Assembly (NCBI GenBank): GCA_046269625.1
Contig: JBJURY010111096.1
Location: 1 to 64,000 of the forward strand
DNA: 64,000 bases
Source: Hausera hauseri
Taxonomy: Eukaryota
Direction of reading: 5' to 3'
In this document: positions 18,362 through 27,849 of the stretch, in pieces
Numbering within the stretch: position 1 is the first letter of the stretch
Layout of the letters: every line of letters starts with the position of its first letter
The notes under the pieces: model-generated
Told to the model about the DNA's origin: nothing
The model's input: only the letters and a program-made list of their open reading frames with translations
The model's database searches: none
Made by a program: the position numbers and the translations under genes

Positions 18362-19454
18362 GGCAAAAGTCTTATTAGAAAAGTTTAATGATTACTTCGA
18401 CATTGCCTCGCAGTGGGAAGCCAAGCTTAACACCCTTGTCGTGACTGATGAAAGTCAAGTGGTGGAGATGCGGATGGCGGGTGAAGCTCGTAAATTCTTA
18501 AAGAAAAAGCGCACCGAGATCGAAGCAACTCGCAAGGAGATGAAGGAGGATGCTTTGAGAGAGGGCAACATGATTGATGGCATTGCGAAGGTGCTAAAAA
18601 GCCTTATCGAGCCATTGGAGAGCAAGGCGCAGATGATCGAAACATTTGCCGAGCGCATGGCAGAAAATCGCAAGAAAGAGCTTTATAACACCCGATTGGC
18701 GATCCTACAAGCGTATGAATACGTGGATGTAGGACTGATTAAGTTTGGTGACATGGATGAAGAGCAGTTTGAAGCCCACCGCAATGGCGTAGAGATTGCC
18801 TACAATGTTAAAAAGGAGAATGAGCGCAAGGCAGCCGAAGAACTCAAAGAGAAGCTAAGATTGACCAAGCTTCACAACGAGCGCAAGGAGTTGCTATTGC
18901 CCTATTGGTCGATGATCCCGATGGACAAGCGTAATTTAGATTTCAGCACGTACAACGAAGCGGATTGGGATAAGATTATTGCCCACTACAAGGATGCGAA
19001 GGAGAAGCAAGATGCGGAGAATAAGCGCATCCAGGAAGAGAATGAAAGGTTACGCAAGGAGCAAGCCGAAACGACACGCAGAACCACGATGCTAAAGCCA
19101 TACATGAGTTTGGTTACTGATTTAGGAGCGTTGATTTCTATGAGTAGTGAAGATTTAGATAAAGAAATGCAGCGATTGATTAAGGAGAGGGCAGAGCAGT
19201 ATAAAAAAGAGCAAGAGGAAAAGAACAAAGCTGCTGCATCTATACCGGCTACACCACCACCGGCAGTCACACCGCCCCCACCGGCTACATCAAACGACAA
19301 GCACCGGTTACTGGCTTTGATAGAGCAGTACAAACAAATCGAAATGCCGACCATGACGAGCGCAAAAGGGATGCAAGCGACCGTTAGCATTGCTGAGTTA
19401 AGAAATCGTTTCACAAATTATATAAAGCAGAAAGCAGATGAATTATCAGTATAG
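18288..19454 (+). CDS. long coiled-coil phage protein (DUF1351-like)
   Basis: VTDESQ..ARKFLKKKRTEIEATRKEMKE..GNMIDG; E/K-rich heptads. Confidence 0.6.
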   Translation: MEPTNQETKPSHQLETMVATLPETKAKVLLEKFNDYFDIASQWEAKLNTLVVTDESQVVEMRMAGEARKFLKKKRTEIEATRKEMKEDALREGNMIDGIAKVLKSLIEPLESKAQMIETFAERMAENRKKELYNTRLAILQAYEYVDVGLIKFGDMDEEQFEAHRNGVEIAYNVKKENERKAAEELKEKLRLTKLHNERKELLLPYWSMIPMDKRNLDFSTYNEADWDKIIAHYKDAKEKQDAENKRIQEENERLRKEQAETTRRTTMLKPYMSLVTDLGALISMSSEDLDKEMQRLIKERAEQYKKEQEEKNKAAASIPATPPPAVTPPPPATSNDKHRLLALIEQYKQIEMPTMTSAKGMQATVSIAELRNRFTNYIKQKADELSV

Positions 19455-21050
19455 CAAAAAGGTAGGGGGCTTCATATATGATTTCGATCAATGGGAGCGC
19501 AACATCATTCGCAAGGGATTGCGGATAGAACACAAGAAAATGGCAAAAAAAATAACTCCCGAAACGAAACCGCTTGTGGAAAGACTGGAAGCGATGATTG
19601 AAGGGTTGGGGGCGGAATATAGGCATTAAATTATGGACATAAAAAAATACATGAAGCACTTGCCAACTTGCAATATCATGCAAGATTGGAGCGAAGCATT
19701 AACGGCAATGGCAGACACGCCCGAAAAATTCAGAGATCGTGGATGGGAACAAGCCAGGAAGGAAATGAATATAAAAATGAGAACCTGTAATTGTGGCTTA
19801 ATCGAAGCGTTAGATTACTTAAACTCAAATCAAAAAAAATAATGAAAACACTAGCAATCATCATCATTTTAGTAGTAGTATTCGGAATGATCGGCATGAT
19901 CCGGTCCATGACACCTAAAAATCATAATAAATCGAAAAAATAAGAAATAAAAAATGTTCAAACTAAAAATAACCTACGGTGGTCGGGAGATCGAGATTGA
20001 GTGCGAGATTGACACTGGTTCAATAGGATATTCCTCTGACCACATCATCCAAATAGTTCAAGAAACAGTTAAACAAATAAAAATTCTAAACGAAGAATGA
20101 AAACGAAGTATTGTTGTGTCAGTAATTGCACAAGAGAGGCAACTGTTTGGCGAGGCAAGTTGATTAAGAGTAGAGATAATGTGGTCGCAGGGTTTTGCGA
20201 AGAACATGATGGTATTCCTTGTCCCAATCTATTTGGAAAGAAAAATGTTTACGGTATTTACAATAAAAATCTACAACTAATTAAATAAGATGAAAACAAA
20301 AGAAGAATTGATAGATAGAATATTATCTCGTGTTCAAGATGAACCGTTTACAGAACTTTTAGACATTTTTAAAGAAGAACTCCCCGACTACGACCCTCGC
20401 AGGATTGACGAGGAGAGATTGATTAAAATATGGGGGGAGTCTGAAATACATTCGGCAGAGCAAGCTATTTTCAAGTACAACTCCACTCTCCCCGAAGAAT
20501 TTCCCGTATGGATTAACGAGAAACCCGAACTGCCGGATGTGACGAAATTGGCAGATTTGATAGGTTCTCTGTATTCAAAATTAAATTCAAATTACGAAGT
20601 AGCCCAACACATCATCGACACCTACGCTCTACACTCGCAGAAGCGTGAGTGGTGGATGGATTGTGAATACTTTGTGTACAATGGAGTGACCCATAAAAAA
20701 GATTCACACCGAGTATATCCCGATGGCGGTGCATTTCTTTATTCGGGACTTAATATACTTTACGATGTCAAAGACTGCACCCCCTACATCGAGCCATCCA
20801 TGACCGAGCAATTATACGCAATGAATGTAACAGAAGAGCAGATTCAGCAACTTTTAAAGGAGAGAGGCAAATGAGGTGGAATACAGATAAAGTACAGCAT
20901 AAGCAAATAGTACTAACATTCTTTGCTTGGTTTCCCGTTACAGTCAGAGGCGAAACAAGATGGCTTGAGAAGGTTTCTATAAAAGGTTATTGGTTTCTTG
21001 GAAGTGGCAATGAAGATTGGATTTTCTTTAAGGAAAAATTCATCGACTAA
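19438..21050 (+). CDS. small hypothetical genes (19438-19629, 19633-19842, 20097-20288 Cys-rich, 20290-20874, 20871-21050)
   Basis: Coupled ORFs; 20871-21050 (59 aa, FFAWFPV..ETRWLE) is missing from the track. Confidence 0.5.
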
Positions 21051-21062
21051 AAAACAAAAATC

Positions 21063-21272
21063 ATGGATGAGACAATTGGCGTATGGTGTTGCCCTATCTG
21101 TCATGGGATGGGCAACATCAAGAAGCCTCACGGAAAGCAAAAGGAAATGGAATTGAAACGCAATCATGCTAAATCCTTAAGAGATATTGGATATTCCATT
21201 CGTGAGATTATGATTATAATGGGATACAAAAGCCCAAGAAGTGTACAAGATTTATTAAATCTAAAAGCATGA
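21063..21272 (+). CDS. small Zn-knuckle plus HTH DNA-binding protein
   Basis: CPICHG followed by LRDIGYSIREIMIIMGYKSPRSVQ. Confidence 0.6.
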   Translation: MDETIGVWCCPICHGMGNIKKPHGKQKEMELKRNHAKSLRDIGYSIREIMIIMGYKSPRSVQDLLNLKA

Positions 21273-21517
21273 TACTAACAAAAAGACAGTTATTGGTATT
21301 ACAACAAGCGATGGGATATGCTGTAATGTATGCAAAAACCGAAAGCGAAACTGCTGAATTTGCATTGCTGAAATTGGATGTTGATTCAGCAATAATAAGA
21401 TTGGAAGCAGAAGAACAGCAAAAAGCAGAACACGATAAAATGGGGTGCCCCTTCAATTATTGTTTTATGAAACCGCCATGTAAAAACCGTTGTCATATTT
21501 TTTCGAAACAGAACTAA
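21269..21517 (+). CDS. hypothetical protein, Cys-rich C-terminus
   Basis: CPFNYC..PPCKNRC. Confidence 0.5.
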   Translation: MILTKRQLLVLQQAMGYAVMYAKTESETAEFALLKLDVDSAIIRLEAEEQQKAEHDKMGCPFNYCFMKPPCKNRCHIFSKQN

Positions 21518-21520
21518 TCC

Positions 21521-21666
21521 GGTCGGGTGGCGGAATGGCAAAGCAGTCAATTGGTGGATGAAAGTATGCACTTAGTAGCTTGAACAACTACATAAAGACA
21601 AGAGACATCGGACTTAAAAACCACCGGAATAAAAACAAGTTGCAAGTTCGAATCTTGCCCCGACCA
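21521..21666 (+). ncRNA. tRNA-like RNA (Leu-like ends) with expanded central domain
   Basis: Acceptor GGTCGGG/CCCGACC plus A; D-like TGGCGGAATGG; perfect T arm GCAAG-TTCGAAT-CTTGC; 146 nt long. Confidence 0.7.
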
Positions 21667-21688
21667 CTAATAAAAATCTAAACGATAA

Positions 21689-22757
21689 ATGAAAGAAGCA
21701 ATAAATTCCGAAGATGTAAAACGATGGTATCAAATACTTATCGGCAAATCTGAACAAGCAATGTTAGAGGACATTAATAACACTTTACGCTCCCAGCCCT
21801 CTACATCGCTTCCGAGTGATGAGGACGAATTAATGAAACTGATTTTTGGAGATAAATATTTACAAATTGTTGGGGTAAGATATGATTCTCCCAGTCAATA
21901 CAACGACATTACCGGAGGCGTAAAACTTGCCATTAATTATTTTAAACCGATAATCGCTGAACTCGAAAAGGAGTTGAGGGAGGTGAAGGAGTTTACAGAA
22001 CAGGTGATGAGTTTTGCTGATGGAATGAAAGTGCTGGATGGAGATGCATTGCTTGTTCTGAAAAAAACAGCACGTAGAGTTTTATCGGATAAACCCACAT
22101 CACTACCAAGAACCTCGGCGGAGTGACGCACACAGAACCATGAACGAAGACGATCTAATCATACTCACGCAATTAATTAATAAGGCTGTAGAGAAACAAC
22201 AATACGGTTTTGCACACGAATTAAAGCAATTGCGAGATAGGTTACAGGTGGAATTAACTAAGGAATGGTTAAATAATATCTTGATTGAAGCAACGAAACC
22301 TTAAAAAATAATATCATGTTAAAAAAACTCAGACACCATGAAACTAGATATACAATACATCAACAGATCAAGATTTTTAAATCTAAAATACTATATTTAT
22401 CATTTTAGACAATACAATTCGCAACGAGGATTTATACTTACTCTTTTTGGTTTTGAAATCAAATATAGAGAATACGTATATCCATATAAAATGAGTTCTG
22501 TATTTCTTGTTTTTCAGAATAAACTTAACAATAACGAAAACCTCAAACCTATACCTTCATATTTATATGTTAGTGGAAATGTAAAAAGCATTAGTGAAGA
22601 TGCCAACCTTAAAGAATCGGTTCGGGGACTTTTCGCTAGCGAACCAGTGTATTTAGGAATTACGTGCGGAACTAATCCTACTAAATTTCCAATAATTGCA
22701 ATGAAAGATGGCAAAAGAACAAAATTAAAAAAATTATCTTGGATAAAAATTTATTAA
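21689..22757 (+). CDS. hypothetical genes (21689-22126, about 22140-22304, 22338-22757)
   Basis: Co-oriented ORFs. Confidence 0.45.
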
Positions 22758-22761
22758 AACC

Positions 22762-22989
22762 ATGAACGAACAAACTAAAGAACCGATGAACTTAATGGAC
22801 GGACTATTATATGAGATGAACAGAGTTCGAGAAATCATTAAGGAGTACGAAGCATTACCAAACAAAGCGGGTTTGCTTGGTGCAGCATTAATGAAGGTAA
22901 ACATTCAACAAGCGGAGTGGGCAATTCGCAATAACGATGTTGTTGAAATGTTAAAATATTATTCAGTGCTTAAAGAAATTGAACTATGA
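22762..22989 (+). CDS. conserved small helical phage protein
   Basis: EMNRVRE..YE..AG..GAALM..AI..NDVVEML pattern. Confidence 0.6.
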   Translation: MNEQTKEPMNLMDGLLYEMNRVREIIKEYEALPNKAGLLGAALMKVNIQQAEWAIRNNDVVEMLKYYSVLKEIEL

Positions 22990-23127
22990 ACCACACAACG
23001 AAATGGAATAGAGTGAGCGTAAATAAGCCCCTATTGGAGGCGATACGATACGCTAAGGAGAGTTTATACCTCAAAGGAGAAAAGCCTGCCTATAAAGTGG
23101 CTAAAGGGATTTCTCATACGGTTAGTT

Positions 23128-23379
23128 ATGGGAAGTGAAGAGAAAGGGGGTGATGTGAAACCGATGACACCTACTGAGCCAAAAGTTCAAGGCATAATAT
23201 TGATTGATTTTACAGTTCAATGTCCGCATTGCGATGAAAATATGTATCATTCTATGGATAGGAAGTGGTTTGAAAAAACTATGGGGTTTTCATTCCCGAC
23301 TGATGGAGTGGATGGCGATTATGAAGCAGAATGTCCGGAATGCAAAAAGTCTTTTGTGATAGAAGGATTTTCTCAATAG
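23128..23379 (+). CDS. zinc-ribbon protein
   Basis: CPHC and CPEC pairs. Confidence 0.6.
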   Translation: MGSEEKGGDVKPMTPTEPKVQGIILIDFTVQCPHCDENMYHSMDRKWFEKTMGFSFPTDGVDGDYEAECPECKKSFVIEGFSQ

Positions 23380-23386
23380 GTATTGC

Positions 23387-23524
23387 CACTAACGGTCGGG
23401 TATTGCCGAAGGCGGGGATTTGAAAGACAAAAGTTTCAGCCCTGCACAAATGCCCAATAGGATTACAAATGATTAATTAACCGAGAATGCCCTGCTTTTG
23501 GCAATACCTTGTTAGGTGCAGTGC
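23387..23524 (-). mobile_element. integron attC-like recombination site
   Basis: Minus strand reads ACCTAAC-AA-GGTATTGCC-AAAAGCAGG ... CCCGCCTTC-GGCAATACC-CGACC-GTTAGTG, i.e. RYYYAAC...GTTA ends with a long imperfect palindrome. Confidence 0.65.
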
Positions 23525-23544
23525 TTCTCACAAATTTTAAAAAG

Positions 23545-23721
23545 ATGAATAAATTTTTGATATGTGCGTTATTGCAAATCGTTCTTTTCATACCATTCTA
23601 TTTTATTTGGAGGAATGATTGCAAAACAATAGGTAAAGACAATTTAGCTGTCAGTTTACAAGAACGATTTTTGTATTGGCTGATATTTTGTCCAATTTGG
23701 TTAGTTGGTGTGTTGGATTAG
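23545..23721 (+). CDS. small two-TM membrane protein carried in the attC-like cassette
   Basis: MNKFLICALLQIV...; bounded by GTTAGGTGCAGTGC (23511) and GCATTGCACCTAAC (23721). Confidence 0.6.
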   Translation: MNKFLICALLQIVLFIPFYFIWRNDCKTIGKDNLAVSLQERFLYWLIFCPIWLVGVLD

Positions 23722-23768
23722 CATTGCACCTAACGTATTATTGCCGAACAAACCTACTTAAAAACGAT

Positions 23769-24122
23769 ATGATTCATGAATTAAAAACACATCCACAATA
23801 CTTATCAAGGGCTTTTCTCGAAGTCAATCAATATCCGAGTGAAAAAATACTGTTTACGGTGGGAGATACTGTCAGAAGCTATAAATGTGGATTTAATAAT
23901 GACAAACCTTTCAAGAATTACTTTATTGAAGGTGTTGTAATAGCGACCAAAGATAAAGTTTTAGGCGATAAATACATTGTAGTGAAATGGCAGATTGAAA
24001 ACTATTTTGGAGCGATTTACAAGTTTAAGTTGCCCCATGATGGTAGCGACACCTTCGCCATCAGCGTGTGTTGTCCTTGGCTTGTCAAAATAAACAAATT
24101 GCAATTGGCACTGGCTTTATAG
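23769..24122 (+). CDS. hypothetical protein, possibly chimeric (DUF3850/ASCH-like first residues)
   Basis: Starts MIHELKTHPQY and then diverges; followed by an attC-end remnant. Confidence 0.4.
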   Translation: MIHELKTHPQYLSRAFLEVNQYPSEKILFTVGDTVRSYKCGFNNDKPFKNYFIEGVVIATKDKVLGDKYIVVKWQIENYFGAIYKFKLPHDGSDTFAISVCCPWLVKINKLQLALAL

Positions 24123-24168
24123 CACTGCCACTAAATTCCCTCACAAACCAATTTAAACCAAGGATAAA

Positions 24169-24459
24169 ATGAAATTTAACCAAGATCAATTAGCCACGTT
24201 ACACAGATTGATAAAATCTGACTATGACGAGATCCCAAAGCGTTACCGGTCCGACATCCAACGCATCGAACACGCAAAACAACTTAGTTTAATAGCCTTG
24301 AAGTTAGGACTGGATGAACTAACGAAGCAGATAGAAGAAGATCTTGCAGCGAATGAGGAAAGAGAAAATAGGGGCGATCCGAATGAAGATTATGATAATG
24401 ATGCAGCTTACCGCAACGAGCGTGAATTAAATTACAGAAGGGTATTCAAAAATAATTAA
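24169..24459 (+). CDS. hypothetical protein, last of the early array
   Basis: Converges with the leftward operon at 24456. Confidence 0.55.
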   Translation: MKFNQDQLATLHRLIKSDYDEIPKRYRSDIQRIEHAKQLSLIALKLGLDELTKQIEEDLAANEERENRGDPNEDYDNDAAYRNERELNYRRVFKNN

Positions 24460-24725
24460 CGCAAGCCATTCTCTCCGACATAGCAAATATCTAAGCTTAG
24501 ATAATAAAGAAAGCGCCTACGATCAATTTCTCTTAGGCGCTTTTTCATGTTCTCAATATTTTCAGTCATTTTTGCAGCAAGTCTTTCAAACTCCAAAATC
24601 TCGCTACCCATGTGCATTAACGGATTATAATTAAGGTAGGCTGCCCTAATTGATTCAGCCACGAAAACTTTATCCAATAGCTGATTGTAATCACGTATAA
24701 GCTCATGGATGCTCTGATAAATCAT
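24456..24725 (-). CDS. hypothetical protein
   Basis: Coupled to the exonuclease. Confidence 0.5.
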   Translation of the reverse strand: MIYQSIHELIRDYNQLLDKVFVAESIRAAYLNYNPLMHMGSEILEFERLAAKMTENIENMKKRLREIDRRRFLYYLSLDICYVGENGLR

Positions 24726-25707
24726 TTTGGATGGCGTTTCTCTTGCGATGATAAGCTATGATATGCTCAAAAATATCTACTTTCTTCAAAACGTTTTCAT
24801 TGAACTCTTCACCCAATCGGATTGTACCAGTAGGAACCAGGAATGTTCCGGGAACTTTCATCAGCTCCACTTTTGCCAGGTCAACGAGCAGATCAAACTT
24901 TTGCGCATCGACACTACTGGATTGATCCCTTAAATTATAGCTTGGCGTGGTTTTCCAATCTTTCGGTGACCAGTTGAAAATCTTCTCTACAAAGAGATCC
25001 GGCCACTCGTTATGGATCAAATGGCGATAGCTTTCCAGTTGTATGGCGTGTTCCTCATAAAAGCCCTTCCTGCCGGACTTATGATCTACTGAAGCCAGTA
25101 TTCTGCGCGAAATAAGATTGCTTGCTATCGCCTTTTTAGTAGGATCTAATTTCTCTTGAATAGTCATGTAGCAAATTAAGTCGATCGTTCCTGCGTAGCC
25201 ATCGGGATGCGCTAACATGATTTCAATGGCGATCGGTTCTACTTGGTAATCGGCACAGAATTGAGCGAAGGCAAGCAAATCGGATGTGAGATCATCAATC
25301 CACACTGATCGTTCAACTGTTGGTCGCTCCACGTTGGTCAGCTTATTTTCTATGGTTGCATCGACAAGTGCCGGGATGGTGGTTAAGTCAAACGTTTTAT
25401 TGATTAGAAAATCTGCAATAATATCGTGCATGAGCGTTCCATACGCAGCTCTCGTGGCTGCGTAGATGCGTGATTGCTCCAGGCCGGTATCAATTAACCA
25501 CTTCAAAAGCCCTTCACCCATTGGAACAAGCTTTTTAATCATCGTTGTAACGCCCAAATAGACATCCACCTTCTCGGTTTCGTCTATGGTGTAATAGTAT
25601 CTACCTTTCGGAGTGTAGATGCGTCTAAGGACTTGCCTTGGCTCTCTGATTGCGTTTGCGTTGAAGAAGAGAGGAGCTACCTCTTCAATTAAGAAGTCAT
25701 TTTTCAA
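24703..25707 (-). CDS. PD-(D/E)xK exonuclease (phage recombination exonuclease-like)
   Basis: GVTT, YGTLMH, AIE, YAGTID, VDHKSG, IQLESY. Confidence 0.8.
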   Translation of the reverse strand: MKNDFLIEEVAPLFFNANAIREPRQVLRRIYTPKGRYYYTIDETEKVDVYLGVTTMIKKLVPMGEGLLKWLIDTGLEQSRIYAATRAAYGTLMHDIIADFLINKTFDLTTIPALVDATIENKLTNVERPTVERSVWIDDLTSDLLAFAQFCADYQVEPIAIEIMLAHPDGYAGTIDLICYMTIQEKLDPTKKAIASNLISRRILASVDHKSGRKGFYEEHAIQLESYRHLIHNEWPDLFVEKIFNWSPKDWKTTPSYNLRDQSSSVDAQKFDLLVDLAKVELMKVPGTFLVPTGTIRLGEEFNENVLKKVDIFEHIIAYHRKRNAIQNDLSEHP

Positions 25708-25873
25708 ATTTTATTTCTTTTTGTTCTCCAAGTTCTAATTTTTCAATTGCTTTGTCAACTTCACGCTCTAACTTTTTCGCTTCCGAAAGGATGAATGGCG
25801 AACGTGTTTGAAAGTACGCCTTCTGCTTGGCGCGAAGTGTTTTTACCAGTTGTAAGAATCGGTCGTGGTTCAT
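25697..25873 (-). CDS. 58-aa conserved phage protein (not in track)
   Basis: MNHDRFLQLVKTLRAKQKAYFQTRSPFILSEAKKLEREVDK; fills the gap exactly. Confidence 0.65.
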   Translation of the reverse strand: MNHDRFLQLVKTLRAKQKAYFQTRSPFILSEAKKLEREVDKAIEKLELGEQKEIKFEK

Positions 25874-25876
25874 AAG

Positions 25877-26335
25877 TTATCCTATATTATTTCTTTTAGT
25901 AAACTCCATCCATTTATCATAATGTCCGGGCGAAATCACTATCTGAATATCATCACAATTTGATTTGATGTAGTCAGCAGTTACCTTTTCACCAAATTCA
26001 CCTATCATAGCTTCCACAATAGTCCAATTTAAGTTAATATGAACTTTTGGTGGTGGTGCATCTTCAAGCTGCTTTGCGAATTTTTCCCATTGCTCAATTG
26101 TTATCTCATTTTTCTTAAACTCATTGTATGGAATACCTTTCAAGTGCAAATCCTCCCATAATTTTTTGTCACGTATATAGCTTCTGCCAGCTCTCACCTT
26201 CGCAGTTACATATTCCTCATAGGTAGGATAATTGCAATCAGCATCCGATCCTTTGATTACACACTGATCCAGTGGAAGCACTTTTGGAGGCACTACGTCA
26301 AACACAGTGATTAAATTATGTTTTTTATCAGCCAT
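25877..26335 (-). CDS. hypothetical protein
   Basis: 152-aa ORF. Confidence 0.55.
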   Translation of the reverse strand: MADKKHNLITVFDVVPPKVLPLDQCVIKGSDADCNYPTYEEYVTAKVRAGRSYIRDKKLWEDLHLKGIPYNEFKKNEITIEQWEKFAKQLEDAPPPKVHINLNWTIVEAMIGEFGEKVTADYIKSNCDDIQIVISPGHYDKWMEFTKRNNIG

Positions 26336-26353
26336 GACTATTGATTTTATAAA

Positions 26354-26528
26354 GCCTCCTATTCACCGGAGGCCCAAGACTTGCGTTTTGGAATGGTTGA
26401 GCTACTTCGCAGACAGATCGAGCGTCACCTTAATCTGAATTAATTCCCTTTATCTCAACTGTAAGGGGAGAAACACCGCTATTCCTTTTCAAACATGGAC
26501 CGGATCAAGTCCGGGATGTGATAACGCT
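26354..26528 (-). ncRNA. candidate structured intergenic RNA
   Basis: Several hairpins plus long-range pairings in a roughly 210-nt non-coding gap (see findings). Confidence 0.45.
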
Positions 26529-26548
26529 TCTCTCTCATTGCATAAGTA

Positions 26549-26881
26549 TTATTCGTAGATAGTCCAATCTTCTGCCAACATATCAGTTTGTGAAGCGAGC
26601 CAACCGGTTAAGATTTTTTTGTCAGCAGTAAACATCCGGATGCTTCCTAAAGCTTCAAATGTGTCTGTGCCAAGCTCTCTTTCAACCACCTCGCGCAATC
26701 TAGGATCGTGAATAGCTTTTGTTGGCACCGTTCCTGCTGGCAAAAGGAATAGAAACATATTTTTTCCATTCCACCCCGCCCGAGCAACACGTTTTCCCTT
26801 TTTCAATGCTTCAATTGCATCTCCAAAATTTCTGTTTACCAATGCTCTTCCATCGGCGTTTAATTCTTCATTTTGATTCAT
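26549..26881 (-). CDS. DUF2829 / Tad2-like anti-defence nucleotide-sponge protein
   Basis: NFGDAIEALKKGKRVARAGWNGKNMFL...GWLASQTDMLAEDW, the hallmark of DUF2829. Confidence 0.85.
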   Translation of the reverse strand: MNQNEELNADGRALVNRNFGDAIEALKKGKRVARAGWNGKNMFLFLLPAGTVPTKAIHDPRLREVVERELGTDTFEALGSIRMFTADKKILTGWLASQTDMLAEDWTIYE

Positions 26882-27021
26882 GATTTTTTTGTTTTTAAAG
26901 TTTAACTAAATTAATTGGTATGTAATGATAACCTTTTTCTTTGCTCGTTGGAGGAATCCAGGTAGGCTTAATAAGCTGCCCCTTTCTTTTAATCTCCTTC
27001 ACTTTAAGTTGTAGCTCTTTT

Positions 27022-27846
27022 TTATTTCGCTTCTCCTTCTCCCAATTCAGCTTTTCCATCAATTGCTTTGATATTTCCATCTGATAATTGTTCTAATTTG
27101 TTAATGTTCATTGTTAAGAGCGCAACCTTATTCGGATCACCGCCTTTGTCCAGGTAGTTTTTAACTGCTACGATATTATCCTCCGTAAAGTTAGGTACAA
27201 GTGTTACCACCGGAAAGTTTGTAGATTGTACTCCACCATCCAATCCATAGGCTTTACCGCTTACTTTTTGCACGATCAAATCAAAGGGTAGCCCACGAAT
27301 CGTTCCTGCATTTTGAATGACCGTATCAAACGTTTTAACAATGTCGGGGATGCTCGATTTAGATCCTCTTGTGGTGAGCTGCCACATACCAAGAACGCCC
27401 GGTATATCCAGCGCTACAAAGCGCAGTGTTAATACAGTTTTCCATTTAAACCCTTCTGCAACGACTTTTAGTTGGGGATCGTCTGCTTTATAAGAAACAT
27501 ACTTTTGCAATTGATTGTTGAATACATGAAAAGTTTCGCCATCACCATATCCAAATTTAAAACCTCGTGTTTTACCATTCTCCCAACATTCCCAACGTTC
27601 ATCACAAACGTCCTTAAAATCATCGCTGATGAATGAGATTCGGAGCTTTGTGGGTTTCTCTCCAAGTATCTCGTGAAACATTTTTGCGTACCGGCCAAGT
27701 GGATCAGCTAAAAAATAATCCAAGCTTACCGGGTAAGATGTGCCGGAGGCGGTCTTTTTTTTCTCGCCAAGCTTTATTTTACCAAGGATAGGCAAATACA
27801 CTTTGGGGGTTTCGTTTGTACTTTTTACTATTCTACCGTTTGCCAT
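27022..27846 (-). CDS. Gp3-like (recombination directionality factor-like) protein
   Basis: LGKIKLGEKK..YPVSLDYF, P..LRI, GVLGMWQLTTRGSKS, GLPFDL, FPVV. Confidence 0.6.
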   Translation of the reverse strand: MANGRIVKSTNETPKVYLPILGKIKLGEKKKTASGTSYPVSLDYFLADPLGRYAKMFHEILGEKPTKLRISFISDDFKDVCDERWECWENGKTRGFKFGYGDGETFHVFNNQLQKYVSYKADDPQLKVVAEGFKWKTVLTLRFVALDIPGVLGMWQLTTRGSKSSIPDIVKTFDTVIQNAGTIRGLPFDLIVQKVSGKAYGLDGGVQSTNFPVVTLVPNFTEDNIVAVKNYLDKGGDPNKVALLTMNINKLEQLSDGNIKAIDGKAELGEGEAK

Positions 27847-27849
27847 AAG

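Noticed and set aside
21521-21666. Canonical tRNA-Leu, tmRNA or group I intron-containing tRNA
   Set aside because: No proper anticodon stem at the canonical position, no G3-U70 alanine identity or tag ORF, and the insert is too short with no P7 core.
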